A stretch of 32,000 bases of DNA from positions 5,610,001-5,642,000 of the forward strand of contig CP104013.1 in NCBI GenBank assembly GCA_025839675.1, read 5' to 3'. The number at the start of each line of letters is the position of its first letter. The stretch's first letter is position 1. The notes beneath the pieces were generated by a model that saw only the letters and a list, made by a program, of their open reading frames with translations, did no database searches and was not told the origin of the DNA. This stretch comes from Candidatus Lokiarchaeum ossiferum (lineage in GTDB: Archaea > Asgardarchaeota > Lokiarchaeia > Sigyniarchaeales > Promethearchaeaceae). Position numbers and translations under genes: made by a program. This document shows, one piece after another, positions 25,754-32,000 of the stretch.

Positions 25754-26830
25754 ATGGCATCAGAAACAATTTATTCAGAAAAACGAAATGCTATGAATTC
25801 AGTTGAAGCGGATAGTTATTCTCTAGTTGATTGTAAACCAGAAAATATTGTATGTAAGGATATTGAAAATGGGTTTGATTCCAAAAAAACCGATACTACA
25901 TTGATTTTAGCCGCAGAAAAACAACTTCGTCAGATTCTACAAAAGAGTAATTTTCACGAATTTTTTTCTAATGCTTTACCCATTTCAATAGATCTAGAAT
26001 GTTTTGATCTAGTTTATTATCGAAAATTCATAGATTCTGCAAATCCTAAAGATGAACTTTTTATCCTGCTGTGTATTTCGTATTATTCAGAATCTCATCA
26101 ATTTTCTTCCCGCAATTTGACTTCTTTTAAACCAAGTGCTCATCCTCCCAATATTATTTCATACTCCGTAAATATCTGCTTAAATTCCACTGATTTATAT
26201 GTGGGAAATAACCTAGATGAATCACTTCGCTCACAAATTTTTACTGGATCAATGATAGAATTTAAGAAATTTATCTTTATTCTTTCCTACATCTCTCGAC
26301 ATCACCTACGTACTAAAGCAAATTCAAAAAAGGAAATTCGAGATTCACAATCAAAACCTAAATTAATTAAGTTTTCTTGGTATGGAATATATGGACTCTC
26401 ATTTTTTTTATTATTACTTGGTTTTCTTTCCATTTCAAAATGGTTTAATCCCGTTTTTAACTATGGTTTTATTCTTTTTGCCATATATTTTACTGGAATC
26501 TTGTTTTGTTTCAAGTATATATTACCAAAAAAGATTTTAAAGGACTCTGAATGGAGATTTAACCACTATTCTAAACAAGTTGCAAAATTAATTTTCCATT
26601 CTATAAGAGATAAAGAGGTTAAAGCTATCTTTAATAAAATGTTTTTAAGCAGCATTAATCATCCTGCTACAATTGATCAAAAACCAAAAAATTACTCTCG
26701 AAATATTCAGAAACGTCCCTTCAGCGAAGAAAACGAAATTGCTAAAAAAACAATAAGAATTTCATCCAAAAAGGAGGATACCGAAAAGAAAACTGATAAA
26801 AAACAAATTATTGCCGATTTTTTTAATTAA
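25754..26830 (+). CDS. Hypothetical membrane protein (soluble N-domain, TM hairpin, Lys-rich C-tail)
   Basis: 358-aa ORF with TM helices YGLSFFLLLLGFLSI and YGFILFAIYFTGILFCF. No motif recognised. Confidence 0.65.
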   Translation: MASETIYSEKRNAMNSVEADSYSLVDCKPENIVCKDIENGFDSKKTDTTLILAAEKQLRQILQKSNFHEFFSNALPISIDLECFDLVYYRKFIDSANPKDELFILLCISYYSESHQFSSRNLTSFKPSAHPPNIISYSVNICLNSTDLYVGNNLDESLRSQIFTGSMIEFKKFIFILSYISRHHLRTKANSKKEIRDSQSKPKLIKFSWYGIYGLSFFLLLLGFLSISKWFNPVFNYGFILFAIYFTGILFCFKYILPKKILKDSEWRFNHYSKQVAKLIFHSIRDKEVKAIFNKMFLSSINHPATIDQKPKNYSRNIQKRPFSEENEIAKKTIRISSKKEDTEKKTDKKQIIADFFN

Positions 26831-26875
26831 TCCATAAAGAAAGAAAAAGAAACAATTGGTTTTTGTAAATATATT

Positions 26876-27262
26876 TCATTCTAAGAACTCTTCTTTTGCT
26901 TCTGCTAAAGCTTCACAAGTACTTCTCTGTGAACAAGTAAAACAAGGTCCCATTGTCCAAAAGTAGGTTTTTTTGGATTGAGATCGAAAGGTTCCAGTTT
27001 TTATGTATTGTTTTGGGATTACTGCTAATAGCTGAATATGACTATGAGGTTGAGGTTCAAGTCCCTTTCTACTAGGAATTGGTTTTGGACAAAATAAGGC
27101 AGTTATTTCCAAATTGCCTTTTTTGGGAATTCCATATCCAAACTGGGCAGGACAACACTCATTTATGCATTTTGCCATCCGAGAACGTGATTGTGTTCGA
27201 AAAACAAACATTTCATCTCCACAATACGGACAATCACCTATATTCAATTCAGTACTTATCAT
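26876..27262 (-). CDS. Zinc-finger protein with a topoisomerase-I-type C4 zinc ribbon
   Basis: CPYCGDEMFVFRTQSRSRMAKCINECCP resembles the zf-C4_Topoisom pattern CPxCG-x(n)-C-x(2-4)-C. A second Cys cluster is CFTCSQRSTC. The gene lies 11 nt downstream of the preceding ORF. Confidence 0.6.
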   Translation of the reverse strand: MISTELNIGDCPYCGDEMFVFRTQSRSRMAKCINECCPAQFGYGIPKKGNLEITALFCPKPIPSRKGLEPQPHSHIQLLAVIPKQYIKTGTFRSQSKKTYFWTMGPCFTCSQRSTCEALAEAKEEFLE

Positions 27263-27273
27263 TTGTTTTCCTC

Positions 27274-27597
27274 CTAAAAGGGATTACTCCATTTTTTGAT
27301 TAGCTGACCAAAAGTATCTTGATCGCGCTTTATTTCAATAGAACTGGCGGATTCACTCCCCCTAACTTTAAATCCAGCATCAATGTAAACAACTAAGCAA
27401 TGAACAGGGTTGCCATGAATAATAACATGTGGGAAAGGAAAGTGTGTTTGTTTCTCTAAATCTTGTTGTTCTATTCCAAATTTCAACATTTCCCCACATT
27501 GGGGACATAATTGCATAAATTTCCCTGATTTTTTAATTTCTTGGGAACGTTCAAAAGATCGTGATGTTGTGTTGGATAAATTAGTTTGACTGATCAT
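27274..27597 (-). CDS. Small CxxC/His-containing putative zinc-binding protein
   Basis: MQLCPQCGEML...HVIIHGNPVHCLVVYID. The probable start is the internal MQLC. It lies 35 nt downstream of the helicase stop on the same strand. Confidence 0.5.
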   Translation of the reverse strand: MISQTNLSNTTSRSFERSQEIKKSGKFMQLCPQCGEMLKFGIEQQDLEKQTHFPFPHVIIHGNPVHCLVVYIDAGFKVRGSESASSIEIKRDQDTFGQLIKKWSNPF

Positions 27598-27632
27598 TAA
27601 GTATAATTAGTTAAAATCAAAAGTATTTAAAA

Positions 27633-29783
27633 TCAAAAGTGATCTTTGGCAAATTTCTTAAGAATCGTCCGGATTTTAATATGTAAAGTTGCAATATCCT
27701 TGAATAAAACTAAGTTGATCTGCAGCAAATCTCTAAACTCTTTAACTCTCTGTGCCAATAATTTCTGTTCTTCAGGTAGAATATTAGAAATATCTAAAAA
27801 TATTAAATATTTGTTCACAGAAATCTGTTTATTTTTAATACTTTTCAAAAATAAAAAATTATTTGCATCAATTTCAATTTCCGAGGCATTTAGGATGTCG
27901 AATCCAATTTTGACTTTCTTCGCGGAAATATATATGTCAAATTCACTTGATTTTAAAATTAAACCAAAATTTAGAGATAAAGATGATTCCAACTCATAAA
28001 GATCATTCACCTCTGGGGATATTTGAATCGAATGAGTTTTATTGCTTCTAATCTTGTTTTCCTTTACTTCAGATAGTGAAGTAATTTCTTTTGAATATAA
28101 AATAGGTAATTTTCCATTTAATTTCTTAGAGACTTGTTTAGCCTTTATTTTTGAATCCAAAACTGGTTTAATCTCAAATTTTTTTTTGAATTGATCCTTT
28201 TTTCGTTTCGCAATTAAGTGATTCCGTTCATCCGATGTTCCAATAGTATAAAGATAAATTACCTTTCCTTTTCCCGATCTTCCAGTTCTACCTGCTCGTT
28301 GAATTAATTGTATTACTGATGCTGAATTATCAAAAAAGACCACTACATTGCATTCTGCAATATCAAGACCTTCTTCTGCGACATTGGTTGCAATCAATAC
28401 ATTGTATTTTCCTGATTTGAAGTCATTGGTCAATTTTATTTGATCCTTTTGTTTAAGCCCCTCATCTCCCTTTTTTGATGCTTGTCCCACAAATTTTTGT
28501 GGACGACAGTGGGGGATAGATCTAATTTTTTTAAGGATACTCTTTATAGTAGCTCGTAATTTAACAAAAATTAGAATACGACTGCTAGAATTATCTTCAA
28601 ATTGTGATTTTAAAATTGATCGCAACTGAATTATCTTTGGATGTTCCAATAATTTTGGGTTTTGATATTTTTCAATCTGTAATGCTTGGTAAATTTGTGA
28701 GATCTGTATTTCTGAACTTAAAAATCGATCAGCCATTGATGCTTTACCCTTTTGGATTTTTTCATACATTTTTTCGAGTGTATTTAGCACCACTTCCAAT
28801 CCTTGGGATTCCAGATCATTTATTAATTTAAGGATTTTCATAAGCCGTGCATTTGTAGAAATTAAAATACGAAGTTCCCTCTCATTAACGCCTTCTTTTT
28901 TTAATGCTGATGGGAGGGATTTCATTTTGTCGGCACAAAAACCTAAGTGGTATAAATTTGGGTTAGTTGGAGCAGATGAATCGTAATTTAATAGAAGTTC
29001 CATATATCCTGCCACTGTGTGATTTTTTAGTTCAACAAGGCTTGAATGAACTTTCATCATAAAAGGGCTCATCTGAACTCCAATATCAATTTCCTCTTTA
29101 TCAAAAGTGTACTGTTGTACTTCTGCGTGTTTTAGATCACGAAATTCAATATTATTCTTTGAAATGTGCAAATTTTCCATTATTTCTAACTGCTTTTTAT
29201 TAGAAGATCCAGGAGATGCGGTGAGAGCCATAATCCTTCCTTGAATATTTTCTTTAACATAATGATCCGCTATACTACAATAAGCATAATTTCCAGAAGC
29301 TCTATGCGCTTCATCAAAAATAATTAGATCTACCTTAGATAGTGTATATAACTTATTTTCGAGATCATTTCGGAGAGTTTGCGGGGTCATAAAAAGAATT
29401 TTACCAATTTTTAATTGAAAAACTTCCTGACGTTTTGTTGGCTTTATTTGCCCTGTTAGTTGCAATAATGAGATCTTTTCAGTATCGAGAATTTCAATGT
29501 GCGATTGATAATGTTGATTGATTAATGGTCGCGTAGGTGCAAGAAATATAATTGTGGGATTGGGATATGATGGATTGGTTAAAAAATGTAGCATTGTTAA
29601 AGTTCCAATAAAGGTCTTACCTAACCCCGTTGGAATAACTACCATGAGATTTTCTTTAAAGGCACGGTCAGATATTTTAATTTGATATTCACGTGGATTT
29701 ATTTTCTCGTTTTTCAAATATGGGATAAATTGAGAGTGTAATTTGGTTTTTGGATTGGTTGGAGTCAGAGCTTGTTGAATCAT
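27633..29783 (-). CDS. Hef/FANCM/Mph1-family DEAH helicase with a degenerate ERCC4-like C-terminal domain
   Basis: REYQ, motif I PTGLGKT, motif II IIFDEAHRA, motif III LTASPG, and motif V/VI VLIATNVAEEGLDI...QRAGRTGR. A long helical insertion lies between the RecA lobes, as in Hef. See the separate feature for the C-terminus. Confidence 0.9.
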   Translation of the reverse strand: MIQQALTPTNPKTKLHSQFIPYLKNEKINPREYQIKISDRAFKENLMVVIPTGLGKTFIGTLTMLHFLTNPSYPNPTIIFLAPTRPLINQHYQSHIEILDTEKISLLQLTGQIKPTKRQEVFQLKIGKILFMTPQTLRNDLENKLYTLSKVDLIIFDEAHRASGNYAYCSIADHYVKENIQGRIMALTASPGSSNKKQLEIMENLHISKNNIEFRDLKHAEVQQYTFDKEEIDIGVQMSPFMMKVHSSLVELKNHTVAGYMELLLNYDSSAPTNPNLYHLGFCADKMKSLPSALKKEGVNERELRILISTNARLMKILKLINDLESQGLEVVLNTLEKMYEKIQKGKASMADRFLSSEIQISQIYQALQIEKYQNPKLLEHPKIIQLRSILKSQFEDNSSSRILIFVKLRATIKSILKKIRSIPHCRPQKFVGQASKKGDEGLKQKDQIKLTNDFKSGKYNVLIATNVAEEGLDIAECNVVVFFDNSASVIQLIQRAGRTGRSGKGKVIYLYTIGTSDERNHLIAKRKKDQFKKKFEIKPVLDSKIKAKQVSKKLNGKLPILYSKEITSLSEVKENKIRSNKTHSIQISPEVNDLYELESSLSLNFGLILKSSEFDIYISAKKVKIGFDILNASEIEIDANNFLFLKSIKNKQISVNKYLIFLDISNILPEEQKLLAQRVKEFRDLLQINLVLFKDIATLHIKIRTILKKFAKDHF
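27636..28028 (-). other. ERCC4-nuclease-like domain lacking catalytic residues (C-terminus of the Hef/FANCM-like helicase)
   Basis: I threaded this by eye on the Pyrococcus Hef nuclease domain as I remember it. IQISPEV sits against VVVDSRE. SEFDIYIS sits against VGDYIIS. VKIGFDILNASEI sits against VAIERKSANDFIQSI. NKYLIFLDIS sits against RPIMIVEGS. INLVLFKDIATLHIKIRTILKK sits against VPIIFSSTPEETAQYIFLIAKR. No HhH2 follows. Confidence 0.5.
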
Positions 29784-29857
29784 AGATACTATTTATTAAA
29801 TACCCACTTTATAAAATCGAAATTTCGTTTTTATATGGATTCGTAGTATAAACGACT
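29784..29857. promoter_or_regulatory. Bidirectional promoter between the two helicase genes; TATA-like boxes about 26-29 nt from each ATG
   Basis: ctttataaaa at 29807-29816 serves the minus-strand gene (ATG at 29783). tttttatat at 29828-29836 is centred 26 nt from the ATG at 29858. Confidence 0.45.
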
Positions 29858-32000
29858 ATGGAAAGGAAACCAAATACATTTCCAAGATTTGATCCGATTG
29901 CATTAGAAGGTAAAACTCTAAGACCTAAGCAAAAGAAAGCTTTTACTTTACTTGAACAAGGTCAAAACGTTGTTGCAAATTTCGAGATGGGATATGGTAA
30001 GACCTTCCTAGCTTTAAAGTTAGCACAACTAATGAAAGATAAAGGAAAAAAATTTATAATGGGTGTCCCCCTTCGGGCCGTCGCTTCACAAATGTTTGAT
30101 GTTTTTTTTAAATATTTTAATGTTCTAATTGTTTCAGGGGATCACGTTGAAAATAAAACAAAAATCCTAGATCCTGATTTTGACGGCTATATTATGACAT
30201 ATGAAATGATGCTTCAATATTTAATCAAAGAACGGCAACGTCAGATATTATTTGACAATATTGGCGCATTCATTATCGATGAGGTTCATATTATGGTTTC
30301 AGGAAGACGGGGTGCCACAATTGAATCGAATATCATGCTTGTTCAATATTTTTATCCTCACATCCAACAGTTATTATTATCGGCTACAATTCAAAATAGC
30401 AAGGAATTTGCAACACATTTTAAATGTTGCCTTGTAAAAACAATTCCTGAAGAACGTCCTGTTAAACTTATTAAAAAAATAATCACTCGTCCTGTTTTTT
30501 CAAGAATGGATGAGGAATATGAACAAATCACTGAAGATATTAAAGAAATAATCATAAAACATACTACTCCTTCTGCAAATTTTCCTGGAATGCTCGTATT
30601 TTGTAATGCTCGGTTACTTTCAAAAAAGCTTGCTAGCGAGCTAAACAAACACTTTTCTCACATCCAAGCAGAATATCACAATGCCTCACTTAGTTTGAAA
30701 AAGCGAAAGGCTGTTGAGCAAGCTTTTTCAAATCAAGATATTAATGTTATTTGTTGTACTCCGACTTTGGCAATGGGAATAAACCTTCCCTCAGCAATTT
30801 GTGTTCTTACAAGTGTTCGTCGTCGTTCTGGTCTTCTAAATGAAAAAATATTTCTCGATTCTAATGAAATCATCCAAATGGCCGGAAGGGCTGGTCGTCC
30901 GGGTCAAAAAGGTAATCTCATCAAAACCAAAAATGGAATTACTCAAGAATACGGGATTTCTTATACTATGTGTGAATATACCGACTATGAGGAAGTAGAG
31001 ATTATGATCAATACTCCAGTTAAAATTTGCAGTCAAATTCCAGACTTCATGAAATGGATGTTATTAACATGGATTGTGGCCGGGATATCTCAAAAAGTAA
31101 AATTAAAAAAAATTTACTCTCAAATTTTTGTATCATCGGTTGATTTCATTAAATTTAAGCAAGAATTCTCTTGGTTGGTTGAAAAAAACTTCATTTCTGT
31201 TGATCCGATGGGCCAAATCATTGCGAGTCATAAAGCTCGCATGACTGCTTTCTTTGGAATTAAGTGTGAAACTGCTTTACATTTTCAGTATATTCGGGAA
31301 TGTTTGAAACAAGAATTTTGGGCTGGAAAAATAAAATCGATACATCCAGCAACACTTTTTTGTTTACTTTTAGCATGTGAAGAATTTACTTCGAATATAA
31401 GAACGTCTGAGAAAAATGATATTGCATCAATCACGACAGCCAATAATTTTTGTGATAATTCTTATATCTACCATCTTTTGGGTGAAACGAAATTCCAACG
31501 ATCACAAAATGAAGCTGTAAAAAAGGGCTTTTCTATCACTTATGATAATTATTTACAGCAGAGATATTTAGAAAACTCATCTCCTGATAAAAATGAACAA
31601 GTAATTTTCAAAAAATTTGATATTGGTGACAAAGTTCAAGTTCAGACAATTGCTGCTCGTTTATTAACTGCAGCTCATGCAATTTTGGGGACATCTTGGA
31701 TATTTGGAAAAATTTTACGAGAACTTACCGATGGTATGAGTTTTTCGATGGCATGTTTTGATTCAGATGTAATCGATCTTATGAAAATAAACAATGTTGG
31801 TCCACGAAAAGCCATATTAATCGTAGAAGCAAAAATAAAATCACGAGCACAATTTTATCGCTGTGATACACATTCACTTTATTACAGCATTAAAAAAATT
31901 GTGCATCACCGAAACGAACGGGTAAAAATTCTTCAGAATCATTTTTCCGAAAAAAGGGATTTATGGAAAAGTGTTTCCGAAAAAAGTTTGGAAAAACTTA
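29858..32000 (+). CDS. Second Ski2/Hel308/Brr2-like DEVH helicase (3' end runs off the window)
   Basis: Absent from the ORF track because there is no stop in the window. My translation from ATG 29858 begins MERKPNTFPRFDPIALEGKTLRPKQKKAF. Motif I is EMGYGKT, motif II IIDEVHIM, motif III LLSATIQ, and motif VI QMAGRAGRPGQKG. The later INNVGPRKAILIVEAKIKS is HhH-like. The frame is open for 714 codons to the window end. Confidence 0.9.
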   Translation, partial: MERKPNTFPRFDPIALEGKTLRPKQKKAFTLLEQGQNVVANFEMGYGKTFLALKLAQLMKDKGKKFIMGVPLRAVASQMFDVFFKYFNVLIVSGDHVENKTKILDPDFDGYIMTYEMMLQYLIKERQRQILFDNIGAFIIDEVHIMVSGRRGATIESNIMLVQYFYPHIQQLLLSATIQNSKEFATHFKCCLVKTIPEERPVKLIKKIITRPVFSRMDEEYEQITEDIKEIIIKHTTPSANFPGMLVFCNARLLSKKLASELNKHFSHIQAEYHNASLSLKKRKAVEQAFSNQDINVICCTPTLAMGINLPSAICVLTSVRRRSGLLNEKIFLDSNEIIQMAGRAGRPGQKGNLIKTKNGITQEYGISYTMCEYTDYEEVEIMINTPVKICSQIPDFMKWMLLTWIVAGISQKVKLKKIYSQIFVSSVDFIKFKQEFSWLVEKNFISVDPMGQIIASHKARMTAFFGIKCETALHFQYIRECLKQEFWAGKIKSIHPATLFCLLLACEEFTSNIRTSEKNDIASITTANNFCDNSYIYHLLGETKFQRSQNEAVKKGFSITYDNYLQQRYLENSSPDKNEQVIFKKFDIGDKVQVQTIAARLLTAAHAILGTSWIFGKILRELTDGMSFSMACFDSDVIDLMKINNVGPRKAILIVEAKIKSRAQFYRCDTHSLYYSIKKIVHHRNERVKILQNHFSEKRDLWKSVSEKSLEKL

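Noticed and set aside
27646-27999. 117-aa plus-strand ORF antisense to the helicase C-terminus
   Set aside because: It is low-complexity, fully nested antisense to a gene with strong motif support, and has no independent signals.
30252-31036. Listed ORFs 30252-30437 (+), 30391-30648 (-) and 30836-31036 (-)
   Set aside because: All are nested in the 29858-32000 plus-strand helicase frame, which carries DEVH, SAT and QMAGRAGR motifs. The ORF track missed that frame only because it has no stop in the window.
1-32000. Defence island, prophage or mobile-element interpretation of the helicase and nuclease genes
   Set aside because: There are no integrase, transposase, terminal repeats, tRNA attachment site, CRISPR repeats, restriction/modification genes or toxin-like genes. 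Composition looks uniform across the window, and the helicases and nucleases carry housekeeping repair-family signatures (RadA, XPF, Hef, Hel308).

Overview
AT-rich (roughly 30% G+C by eye, not computed), gene-dense archaeal chromosomal DNA. The calls rest on RadA rather than RecA, Hef/XPF-type repair genes, and TATA-like boxes about 26 nt upstream of start codons. The MglA/Roadblock GTPase pair, longin-like protein, large orphan proteins and Rad51-like RadA would fit an Asgard (Lokiarchaeia-like) genome, but I cannot verify that. No rRNA, tRNA, CRISPR array, transposase or integrase was found. Left to right: (1) a cytoplasmic two-component cluster at 1-4448; (2) a tightly coupled minus-strand recombination/repair operon at 5235-11212 (RadA, small coiled-coil protein, divergent RecA-fold paralogue, Ski2/Hel308-like helicase with an embedded SWIM zinc finger, 2-TM micro-protein, catalytic XPF/ERCC4 nuclease); (3) a longin/Roadblock-like protein, an mglB-mglA-like pair, a 520-aa acidic orphan and a 1051-aa Thr/Ser-stalked surface protein; (4) a plus-strand operon of secreted glycoprotein, HExxH membrane peptidase-like protein and a catalytically dead XPF paralogue; (5) a 1264-aa membrane-anchored HerA/FtsK-like protein with both Walker motifs erased; (6) a Hef/FANCM-like helicase with a degenerate ERCC4-like C-terminus, followed by two zinc-ribbon proteins and divergently paired with a second Ski2/Hel308-like helicase. 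Most interesting is the eukaryote-like elaboration of the XPF/MUS81/FANCM and Rad51-mediator toolkits: one active and two inactivated ERCC4 modules, plus a SWIM domain next to a Rad51-paralogue-like ATPase. All homology calls are by-eye motif recognition and remembered family signatures, not searches.
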